Made by a program: the position numbers and the translations under genes. Below the pieces are notes generated by a model that was not told where the DNA came from, did not search any database, and saw only the letters and a list, made by a program, of their open reading frames with translations. Of a stretch of 48,520 nucleotides of DNA, positions 34,081-42,102 are shown piece by piece; the stretch's first letter is position 1, and the number at the start of each line of letters is the position of its first letter. Source of the stretch: an uncultured Verrucomicrobiota bacterium (GTDB lineage: Bacteria; Verrucomicrobiota; Kiritimatiellia; JAAZAB01); the NCBI GenBank assembly GCA_964458525.1, contig CAYWJE010000001.1, forward strand, positions 1-48,520, given 5' to 3'.

Positions 34081-37071
34081 ATGAAATTACAGAAAAGAGC
34101 AATTTGCATAATGCTGTTTCTTCTTCCTTCCGTTGTATTGGCGCAGGACTGGTTCGTGCCGAATGATGGTGACGGTGACGGCCGCTCGTGGGTTTCCGCG
34201 GCATCGCTGGCCAATGCGCTGGCTTCAGCTGATGACGGCGACGTGCTATGGCTGGCGGCCGGAACATACCAGGGCAGTACGTTCAGCCCGGGAAACAACA
34301 ATCTGAAGCTCTACGGCGGATTCACCGTCGGAATGACGCAATTCGAACAGCGCGACTGGGAAGCCAACAGGACGGTTCTCAACGGCGAGGGCGTGCGCAG
34401 GGTGCTCTCTATCTCGCTGGACGGGATTCTTCTCGACGGGCTTGTGATCAGCAACGGCTTCTGGTCGAGCTCCAACGATGCCGGCGGCGGGATACGAAAG
34501 TCAGGCGTGGGTTCGCTCACCGTTGCAAATACCGTTTTCTGCAACAACAGGTTCACGGGCACCGGAAGAAACGGAGGCGGTGGATATTTCAGCGGCGGAT
34601 CGGTCACGCTTACGAATTGTTCGTTTATCGGCAATATCGGAGCGCAATACAACAGGGGCGGAGGTTTCTACGCCACCGGCGTGAACCTTGTTGTTGAGGA
34701 CTGCCGTTTTTCGGACAATCGAACCGGCAGTTCAAACGCAGGCGGCGGCGCTTTCTATGTCACTGGCGGAACGCTTGACGTCCGTGCCTGCGTGTTCGAT
34801 GCCAATGTGATCGGAACGTGCTCGACTTCCGACGGCGGCGCGGTGAGCCTGGCCGGAGCGCTTTCCGCGACATTCAGAAATTGCGTATTCAACGGAAACA
34901 GCGGCGGCAGAGGCGGCGCTATTGCAGTGTCCCTCAGCGAGGAATCCACAACTACGGTGGAGAATTGCACTTTCGCCAACACGAACAAGGCCGGCTATTA
35001 CGGCGGCGCTGTTTTTGTCGGGTCGGGAATTGTGCGTGTGAATAACAGCATCCTTTGGAACAACAGCGCGCAATACGGGGCGGAAATCTATAATGGCGGC
35101 GGCGCGATATCAGTCGAGTTCTGCTGCTTAAGCGCAACCGGGGCGGGTGCGCTGAGCGGCTCGGTTTCGATGTTGAGCTGCATCACCGAAGATCCTCTCT
35201 TTGCCGGAGGCTCCGACTTTCATTTGCAGAGCTCGGAGGGCAGATGGGATCCCGATTCAGCATCCTGGACCAGCGATGCAGGACAGTATAGTCCCTGTAT
35301 TGACCGCGGTGATCCCGAGAGCGATTACTCCCGCGAGCCGACTGAGCACGGCTACAGGGTCAACATCGGCGCCTATGGTAACACGCCGTATGCGTCAAAG
35401 AGCCTCGCTGTCGTTGCGCCTGTCGTCGAAAACAGGCCTGCGGCGGTGGCTTATAACACCGTCAGGATGAACGGCGAACTCATCTCGGGCGGACAGGCGC
35501 GCGTTACGATCTGCTACGGCACGAGCAACGGCGGAACAACGATTGAGAACTGGGAGAAACAGACGGAGACGCTACCCTCGCCGCGAACCGGCGCCTCATT
35601 CTCTGTTGCGGTCGGAGACCTCATGCCGGATACGCTCTACTACTTCAGATGCCTCGCCTTCAACGCGGCGGGCACTAACTGGGCCGTTAACGCAAGCACA
35701 TTCACCACGGGGGCGGCGGCCCCTTCGGGCGGCCCCGGAATAATCCACGTGAATGGCGCGGCAACCGGTCCTGAAACGGGAAGGGATTGGATAAGCGCAT
35801 TTCGCACAATCCGTGAAGGGGTTATGGCAGTGAACGGAGAGTCGAATGAGATCTGGATTGCACAGGGACATTATGTCGAGGGAGGCACACTGTCGGTGAA
35901 TAAGAGCATGAGTATGTATGGCGGTTTTGCCGGGGTGGAGACGATCCGGTCTCAGCGCGATCTCGCGAATGCCCCGGTTCTCGACGGAGAAGGTTTATAC
36001 AGCCTGATCCGGGTCAGCTTCGACGGCGTGGTTCTTGATGGCCTGATTCTGAGCAACTCCTTCTCATCAACCTTGGCAAAACTTGGAGCGGGAGTGCACA
36101 AGACAGACAACGGAGTCCTCACCCTCGCAAACATCACGTTCACGGATAACACATTTTCCGGAACAGGGGCTGCCGGGGGTGGCGGACACTTCAACGGCGG
36201 ATCGGTAGTCCTCACAAACTGCGTGTTCATAAAGAACTCAGGCGGTTCTTACAACTCCGGCGCAGGCTTCTATGCAAACGGAACAGACCTGATTCTCAGG
36301 GATTGCCGCTTCATCGCCAACGACTCCGGAGGATGGGACGGAAAGGGCGGCGCAATCTATGTCACTGGCGGAACGCTCGATGGCTCCGGTTGCATATTCG
36401 AAAAAAACGTGGCCGGCCCTTCGGTCAATTCCGGAGGCGGCGCAGTATATGCGACCGGAGCGCTTTCGCCGTCGTTCAGAAACTGTGTATACATGGGGAA
36501 CTACAGCAAGTCCGCATCAGGCAGGGGCGGGGCGCTCCGGGTGGCCATTAGCGCGGGGCAAACCGCCACGGTTGAGAACTGCTCCTTTACCGAAACGAAC
36601 AGGGCGATGCTTGGAGGAGCGATCTTTGCTGAATCGGGCGTTTTTCATCTGAAGAACAACATTTTCTGGAACAACAACGCGTATACGACCGGCCACGAGT
36701 TATACGCCACAGGCGCCGTCACTTTCGTGACCTTTTCGTATTCCTGTTTCACGGGAACGAACGAACCGCATGTTGTCAAGGAGGGCGGCGCAGTGATTGA
36801 ATTGAATGAGGGAGTCATCACGGGCGATCCTCTTTTCGCAGCAGCCTGGGACGCGCATCTACGCAGCCGCGGTGGACGCTGGGATGATGCCGTCCAGGGA
36901 TGGGTGGAGGATATCGACACAAGCCCGTGCATTGATGCCGGCGATCCGGAAGACCCGGTGGGCGGGGAGCTAAGACCGAACGGCAGACGGATCAATATGG
37001 GCGCATATGGAGGCACTGCGCAGGCGTCCATGACGCTCGTGCCGCGCGGCTCAGTGTTCGGCACGCGCTGA
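34081..37071 (+). CDS. Secreted right-handed beta-helix protein with Pmp-type GGA(I/V/F) / FxxN repeats, internal duplication, central Fn3-like domain, C-terminal (P)RG tail
   Basis: The ATG at 34081 starts signal peptide MKLQKRAICIMLFLLPSVVLAQ. Repeated GGGAFYVTGG, GGAIAV, GGAVFV and F.NC.F / F.DN.F motifs. The two halves are collinear (start 34141 and 35740). YYFRCLAFNAAGTNW is Fn3-like. Ends LVPRGSVFGTR. Confidence 0.75.
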   Translation: MKLQKRAICIMLFLLPSVVLAQDWFVPNDGDGDGRSWVSAASLANALASADDGDVLWLAAGTYQGSTFSPGNNNLKLYGGFTVGMTQFEQRDWEANRTVLNGEGVRRVLSISLDGILLDGLVISNGFWSSSNDAGGGIRKSGVGSLTVANTVFCNNRFTGTGRNGGGGYFSGGSVTLTNCSFIGNIGAQYNRGGGFYATGVNLVVEDCRFSDNRTGSSNAGGGAFYVTGGTLDVRACVFDANVIGTCSTSDGGAVSLAGALSATFRNCVFNGNSGGRGGAIAVSLSEESTTTVENCTFANTNKAGYYGGAVFVGSGIVRVNNSILWNNSAQYGAEIYNGGGAISVEFCCLSATGAGALSGSVSMLSCITEDPLFAGGSDFHLQSSEGRWDPDSASWTSDAGQYSPCIDRGDPESDYSREPTEHGYRVNIGAYGNTPYASKSLAVVAPVVENRPAAVAYNTVRMNGELISGGQARVTICYGTSNGGTTIENWEKQTETLPSPRTGASFSVAVGDLMPDTLYYFRCLAFNAAGTNWAVNASTFTTGAAAPSGGPGIIHVNGAATGPETGRDWISAFRTIREGVMAVNGESNEIWIAQGHYVEGGTLSVNKSMSMYGGFAGVETIRSQRDLANAPVLDGEGLYSLIRVSFDGVVLDGLILSNSFSSTLAKLGAGVHKTDNGVLTLANITFTDNTFSGTGAAGGGGHFNGGSVVLTNCVFIKNSGGSYNSGAGFYANGTDLILRDCRFIANDSGGWDGKGGAIYVTGGTLDGSGCIFEKNVAGPSVNSGGGAVYATGALSPSFRNCVYMGNYSKSASGRGGALRVAISAGQTATVENCSFTETNRAMLGGAIFAESGVFHLKNNIFWNNNAYTTGHELYATGAVTFVTFSYSCFTGTNEPHVVKEGGAVIELNEGVITGDPLFAAAWDAHLRSRGGRWDDAVQGWVEDIDTSPCIDAGDPEDPVGGELRPNGRRINMGAYGGTAQASMTLVPRGSVFGTR

Positions 37072-37233
37072 CTTAATGCCTTCCGGTTGTTCGATAAACA
37101 TGATGCCGGGATAATATCCCGATCAGAATCTTGCGCTGCGGGCAGCCATAGCCAGTCGGCCATGAATTGAGTTGCCTGCCTGTGCGTGTCGTACACAGAC
37201 AGGTCAAAAAAATCTTGGCTGCCGGATTCAGGG

Positions 37234-38202
37234 TCATTCATCATGCAGGCTGCAGGGGTTGCTCCAGACTTGGGCGACAAGCATCCTTCGTTCCTCCGCG
37301 GAAAGGGGATTGTAATTCCTGGCAACAGCTATATTCTCGCGCAACTGTGCCAGCGACGATACTGCGGGAATTGCCACGGTTATGTCTTCGCCAAGAGCGA
37401 AACGCAATAACTGCAATGATGAAGCGCGGCCGGATCCTTCGCCCACGAGATTAGCTGGATCGCGTCCTCCAAACACTTTCATTGCTATGATGCCGATATT
37501 TTTTCGCCGTGCGGCAGGCACTTGTTCTTCAAGCGCCCGGCTTGCCCGCTTCGTCGGGTTCACAAAACACATAAAAGTATCGAAGTCGTCATACATTTCA
37601 ATGCATTCCTTGACGGTTTCAAATTCGGGATGGCCTGTCATGCCTATAAAACGTATCGCTTTCTGCTCTCGCAAAGAACGCAAAGCCGCAAGGACTCCAT
37701 TTGCTTTGCCTAACGCGGAAACGTTTTCGTCGCGGTTAATATGATGGATTTGAACCAGGTCGAGGCTGTCTGTGCAAAGTTCTTTTAGATTACTTTCAAA
37801 TTGCCGCATCGCACCATCATATGTCCGGTCTTTAATCTTGCCGGCTATGAACAGGCCGCTGCGTTGACGCGTGCTTGTTATCATACTTAAATGTTTTTGA
37901 CAGCGTCCCGGATAAGTGTCAAAAAACTTGATGCCCGCAGCTATCGCTTCATTTAAAATTTGTTCGACACGGTCTGTTTCATCGGTCTCGGAAATCCACC
38001 ATGCACCGCCTAAACCAAGGACCGGAATCATTATATCCGTGCGTCCCAGCCGTCGCTGCGGCAATGGACGTTGCCGCAGGGCGCTCATGCCTATCTCGAA
38101 AATAAGTGGACTTAAGGGTAGTGCCGCGCCTGCGGCAAGACCAGCACGAAGAAACGAACGGCGGGTAATACCTTTATCGCGCAGTTGTTTTTCTGATTTC
38201 AT
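37234..38202 (-). CDS. Tat-exported aldo/keto reductase
   Basis: The only supported minus-strand gene. The ATG at 38202 gives MKSEKQLRDKGITRRSFLRAGLAAGAAL (twin-arginine motif). AKR-like RRLGRTDIMIPVLGLGG, AAGIKFFDT, HPEFETV. Visibly lower GC than flanking genes. Confidence 0.7.
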   Translation of the reverse strand: MKSEKQLRDKGITRRSFLRAGLAAGAALPLSPLIFEIGMSALRQRPLPQRRLGRTDIMIPVLGLGGAWWISETDETDRVEQILNEAIAAGIKFFDTYPGRCQKHLSMITSTRQRSGLFIAGKIKDRTYDGAMRQFESNLKELCTDSLDLVQIHHINRDENVSALGKANGVLAALRSLREQKAIRFIGMTGHPEFETVKECIEMYDDFDTFMCFVNPTKRASRALEEQVPAARRKNIGIIAMKVFGGRDPANLVGEGSGRASSLQLLRFALGEDITVAIPAVSSLAQLRENIAVARNYNPLSAEERRMLVAQVWSNPCSLHDE

Positions 38203-38447
38203 GTCAGCAGCGTCTCCAAGGGTAACCTTCACTCCTACTCCCGACCTCCCGGAGAGTCGGGACTTCGAGGTCGGAGCCCTGTTGCCTTCAGGAAGGGAAA
38301 GTTTGCCACGAAGAGGCACAAAAATACACAAAAAAGGGGAACTTCCCTATTCCATCCCGTTCCGCGCTCGCCTGAACGTTGGCAACCAACTCCAAAAACA
38401 TATTGTGAAATGAAGACACTACCATCCCACAGAAATGATGGGATAAC

Positions 38448-38532
38448 CGCGCAGAGGCGCAGAGTGGTAAGTAATGTATGGACAGTATAGAGACTGATTT
38501 CTCAGATCTCTGCGCCTCTGCGCCTCTGCGCG
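38448..38532. repeat. 17-bp inverted repeat with tandem CTCTGCGC octamers
   Basis: CGCGCAGAGGCGCAGAG (38448-38464) is the exact reverse complement of CTCTGCGCCTCTGCGCG (38516-38532). The right arm is three tandem CTCTGCGC units (38508-38531) and the left arm is two GCGCAGAG units. Confidence 0.6.
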
Positions 38533-38862
38533 AGATTGTATTTCGTCGGTTCATTCATCCCATAGGCTTCAGGCTACGGCGCTTTGTGACTTCCCGCCTT
38601 GCGGGACAGGGTTTTCAGCAGAATCTCATTCTGACTCCTGAGTTCTGAATGCTGAGTAGTTACCAGAAAACAACAATCACCTGATTTCGTCACCGGCTCT
38701 TCCGTGAGGCAAGACCGGGGACTCCGGACATCTTGAACCTGATCGCAGATGCGCCCGACGCGGTGGAGAAGTGTAATTCAAAATGCAGCAGCAAAAAAAA
38801 AGGAAGCTTTCCATGCCGGAAATCATCATCCCTCAACACACATTTTCTGTGGTCAACAATCA

Positions 38863-38889
38863 TTGACGGGGATCAAATGATGATATAAT
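38863..38889 (+). promoter_or_regulatory. Candidate extended -10 promoter for the Gfo/Idh/MocA gene
   Basis: TTGACG (38863-38868), 15-nt spacer, TGATATAAT (38881-38889: TG-n-TATAAT), in an AT-rich stretch about 87 nt upstream of the ATG at 38976. Confidence 0.4.
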
Positions 38890-38975
38890 ATTGGAACAGA
38901 ATCGGATAGATAATCGGCAATTCTTTGCGGCCACGCGGCACAGCTCGACAACTACAACTGGAAGGGGAACAGGCA

Positions 38976-40295
38976 ATGGCACCAAAAAGTAAGATGGGAA
39001 ACAAACCGATCAAATATGGCGTTCTTGGAATAGGTCGCGGTCAAACATTCATGGGCGACGCTGCCAAGGCCGCGGGCTTCGAGCTAGTAGCCATCTGCGA
39101 CCAGCGCGAGGAGGCCGTGATGAATCTAGCCAAGTCGCGCGGAATAGCCGGGTACACGGATTTCGACAAGTTCCTGGAGCACGATCTTGACGCGGTCGTT
39201 CTCGCGAACTATTTCCACCAGCATGCGCCTTACGCCGTCAAGGCGCTTAAGGCCGGTAAGCACGTGATGAGTGAGTGCGCAGCGTGCCACACGCTCGGCG
39301 AGGGAGTGGAGCTCGTGCGCGCGGTCGAGAAGACCGGCAAGGTCTATATGTTCGCCGAAAACTACGCTTTCACACCCGCCCGCCAGGAGATGCGCCGCGT
39401 CTTCCAGACCGGCGACCTCGGTAGGTTCATGTACGGCGAGGGGGAATATGTTCACTCGATGGCTGCCGATTCCGGCAACTCGATCAGCCCCGGCCTACGC
39501 CACTGGCGAAACTGGAATCCCGCTACGTATTACTGCACGCATGCTCTTTCCCCGATCATGTATATCACCGATGTCCGCCCGGTAAAGGTTAATGCCTTCA
39601 TAATCCGCCAGGCGCCAGATGATCCTGTTGCGGCCATCCGCCCCAGAATAAGCGATGCAGCATCAATGATAGCGCTGCGGATGGACAACGGAGCGGTGGT
39701 CAAACTGCTTCAGGTCAGTCTTCGCGGGCACGGCGGACCTACCCGCATCCATTGCTCCCGCGGCGCGATGACCGATTCCGGAGGACAAATCAATATCATA
39801 CGCGAGCAGTACCACGAGAAACTGGTTCACCCGAAGAGCCTCAGCTACACCCCAAACTTGCCGAAGCTCGACGCGCAGACTGAAGCGGCGGCGCGCGGAA
39901 GCGGGCACGGGGGCGGCGATTTCTGGATGATGTACCACTTCGGACAGGGAATCAGGACCGACACCCCCCCGTTCCTCGATGTGTACCGGGGCGTCGCGAT
40001 GTCGATCGTCGGAATCCAGGCGTGGCGCTCGGCGCTGGACGACTCGAACACGTTTGTCATTCCCGATTTCAGGAAGAAAGACCAGCAGAGGAAATATGCG
40101 GGGGACGACTGGTCACCCGATCCCGACCGCCGCAGGCCCGGCCAGCCGCCGAGCAGCATTGACGGTTTCCGCGATCCTGATCCGCGGGCGCTGAAGCGCG
40201 CCATCAAAACATGGAAGAACAACGGACATACCGCCGAAACATGGAAACAGATGGGCTACAGTCCCCGCGAAATAGCAAAGATGACAGGCAAATAG
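38976..40295 (+). CDS. Gfo/Idh/MocA-family NAD(P)-dependent oxidoreductase
   Basis: ATG at 38976 after GGAAGGGGA. Rossmann start IKYGVLGIGRGQTF. DAVVLANYFHQHAPYAVKALKAGKHVMSE matches the family pattern D.V.I.TP...H......AL.AGKHV..E. Confidence 0.7.
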   Translation: MAPKSKMGNKPIKYGVLGIGRGQTFMGDAAKAAGFELVAICDQREEAVMNLAKSRGIAGYTDFDKFLEHDLDAVVLANYFHQHAPYAVKALKAGKHVMSECAACHTLGEGVELVRAVEKTGKVYMFAENYAFTPARQEMRRVFQTGDLGRFMYGEGEYVHSMAADSGNSISPGLRHWRNWNPATYYCTHALSPIMYITDVRPVKVNAFIIRQAPDDPVAAIRPRISDAASMIALRMDNGAVVKLLQVSLRGHGGPTRIHCSRGAMTDSGGQINIIREQYHEKLVHPKSLSYTPNLPKLDAQTEAAARGSGHGGGDFWMMYHFGQGIRTDTPPFLDVYRGVAMSIVGIQAWRSALDDSNTFVIPDFRKKDQQRKYAGDDWSPDPDRRRPGQPPSSIDGFRDPDPRALKRAIKTWKNNGHTAETWKQMGYSPREIAKMTGK

Positions 40296-40460
40296 CAGCT
40301 GTTTAAGAGAGCCTGTTTCATAAAACCTCGTCACCAATTCAGGTAATAGTCGATTTTGAGAAAAACGAAGTCTGTGATTGTGTATGCATACATGTACGCA
40401 CAAGTTGAACGGAATGAGGTTCGGTGCGGCTGATTTTATTTCACATCCCGAGCCGGGGAA

Positions 40461-42092
40461 ATGGTTGGATCAATTCCTGAGAACCTTATGAGAACGGGAT
40501 ACAGGGCTATTACTTTTCTGTTGATTGTCGAAGCGCTATCTGCCTTTACGCGAACGGCGCACGCGAACAACTTGACGATCACGAACGTCACGTTGAGCAT
40601 ATGCGATGACAGCAACGCTTTTGTGCGTTTCGATATTTCATGGGAGAACTCCTGGCGCTATACGAACGTCAACCATGATGCCGCGTGGGTCTTCTTCAAG
40701 GTCAGGGCCGAGGGAAGCGACGTCTGGAATCACGCCTATCTCGAGGCCGATGCGGCGCTGAACCCGAGCGGCTACTCAGTCGGTTCGGGAACGGAGCTGG
40801 ATTTCATCGTGCCGGAGGAAAGGACTGGAGTATTTCTGCGCCGCAGGGCGCATGGCGTTGGCAATGTTGGTTCCTATAATGTGAAGGCGTTGTGGAAATT
40901 CGCCTCGAATGATATTCCCAGGACATCACAGGTGTTCATACAAGCATGCGGCATTGAAATGGTGTATGTTGACGAGGGCGCGTTTTATCTAGGATCAGGC
41001 GGCCAGACCAATATGGAGATCGGCTCATTCACCGACGGCGCGTGGATCAGCGGGACTCTCACGAGCATTCCGTATCTGGTCACATCGGAGAACGCGATAA
41101 CCATCGCCAATAATCCCAACGAGCTGTGGGGGACATCGAGCAGCGGGGGCAGCACAATCGGCGGGGTCGGCGTTCTCTCCAACGCTTTTCCCAAGGGATA
41201 TGCCGCCTTCTACTGCATGAAGTATGAGATCACACAGGCGCAGTACAGGGATTTTCTCAACACGCTCACCCGCGACCAGCAGATCGCGCGCACCGCCAGT
41301 CAAACGCCTGATTTTTTTGCATTAACCGACAGAACCACTCTTTATTTCAAGTCGGGCATCCGGTGTCCCTCGGTTATTCCCGACCCTCCGTCCCCGATAG
41401 TCTTCGGGTGCGACGGCAACGTAAACGGCATCTTCAACGAAGTTGACGATTCTATGGACAGGGCCGCTACGCATGTCTCCTGGGCGGACCTGGCCGCCTA
41501 CCTGGACTGGGCCGGCCTGCGGCCCATGACCGAGCTTGAATATGAAAAGGCATGCCGCGGGCCGTTACAGCCCGTGCCGGAAGAGTACGCCTGGGGCAGC
41601 ACGGTCATCTTCAATCTGGCTACTGAAGCCGATGACGGCACAGGCTATTCGACCGCTTCGCCGGAAAACGCCAACTCGTTCTACAGCATCGTTGACGGCG
41701 TTGGCCCCACCCGCGCAGGAATTTTTGCGACGCCAAATTCCACTCGCGAGAAGGCGGGCGCCACCTATTGGGGCATCATGGAGATGAGCGGGAACGTCAG
41801 TGAGCGGTTTGTGTCCGCGGGGAATGCGACGGGTCGGGCCTACACAGGACTGCACGGCGACGGGAGCCTGGGCGAGGACGGAAACGCGGATGTTGACGGC
41901 TGGCCCGGCGCCAACGCGGTGGGCTCCGGCTATAGAGGCGTGTACCAAGAGTATATTTACATGGCGCTCAGAGTGTCCAGCCGCCAGATGGCAGCCTCGA
42001 CCTACTCTCTACGGGGGCCAAGTTCGAATGACGCGGGAAGGAAGAACGGCGGACGCGGAGGACGAAACGCGCCCGCCGGAGTCGGGCCTTGA
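40461..42092 (+). CDS. Secreted FGE/SUMF1-fold protein, type B (second cassette)
   Basis: Signal peptide ...MRTGYRAITFLLIVEALSAFTRTAHA|NNL (the start may instead be ATG 40488). FDISWENSWRYTNVNHDAAWVFFKVR, EMVYVDEGAFYLG, FYCMKYEITQAQYRDFL, WADLAAYLDWAGLRPMTELEYEKACRG. C-terminus SNDAGRKNGGRGGRNAPAGVGP as in 3221..4819. Confidence 0.8.
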   Translation: MVGSIPENLMRTGYRAITFLLIVEALSAFTRTAHANNLTITNVTLSICDDSNAFVRFDISWENSWRYTNVNHDAAWVFFKVRAEGSDVWNHAYLEADAALNPSGYSVGSGTELDFIVPEERTGVFLRRRAHGVGNVGSYNVKALWKFASNDIPRTSQVFIQACGIEMVYVDEGAFYLGSGGQTNMEIGSFTDGAWISGTLTSIPYLVTSENAITIANNPNELWGTSSSGGSTIGGVGVLSNAFPKGYAAFYCMKYEITQAQYRDFLNTLTRDQQIARTASQTPDFFALTDRTTLYFKSGIRCPSVIPDPPSPIVFGCDGNVNGIFNEVDDSMDRAATHVSWADLAAYLDWAGLRPMTELEYEKACRGPLQPVPEEYAWGSTVIFNLATEADDGTGYSTASPENANSFYSIVDGVGPTRAGIFATPNSTREKAGATYWGIMEMSGNVSERFVSAGNATGRAYTGLHGDGSLGEDGNADVDGWPGANAVGSGYRGVYQEYIYMALRVSSRQMAASTYSLRGPSSNDAGRKNGGRGGRNAPAGVGP

Positions 42093-42102
42093 GGGATGTG
42101 AT

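Noticed and set aside
37176-37212. Imperfect hairpin CCTGTGCGTGT-cgt-ACACAGACAGG followed by an A7 run between the convergent genes, as a terminator. The 15-nt palindrome CGGGATAATATCCCG upstream of it in the same gap was also considered.
   Set aside because: On the + strand the stem is followed by A rather than T. On the - strand the T-run precedes the stem. The stem has two internal mismatches. The 15-nt palindrome leaves almost no loop. Neither fits an intrinsic terminator.
38508-38531. Tandem CTCTGCGC octamers as a possible CRISPR or minisatellite array.
   Set aside because: There are only three contiguous 8-nt units with no spacers, and no cas genes anywhere. It is better explained as one arm of the 17-bp inverted repeat.
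38631-38643. Exact 13-nt repeat CTGACTCCTGAGT at 38631 and 44843 (with CTGACTCCTGG at 44603) as a shared intergenic element.
   Set aside because: In ~48.5 kb on two strands, several exact 13-mers are expected to recur by chance. The flanks do not align, so I do not treat it as a repeat family.
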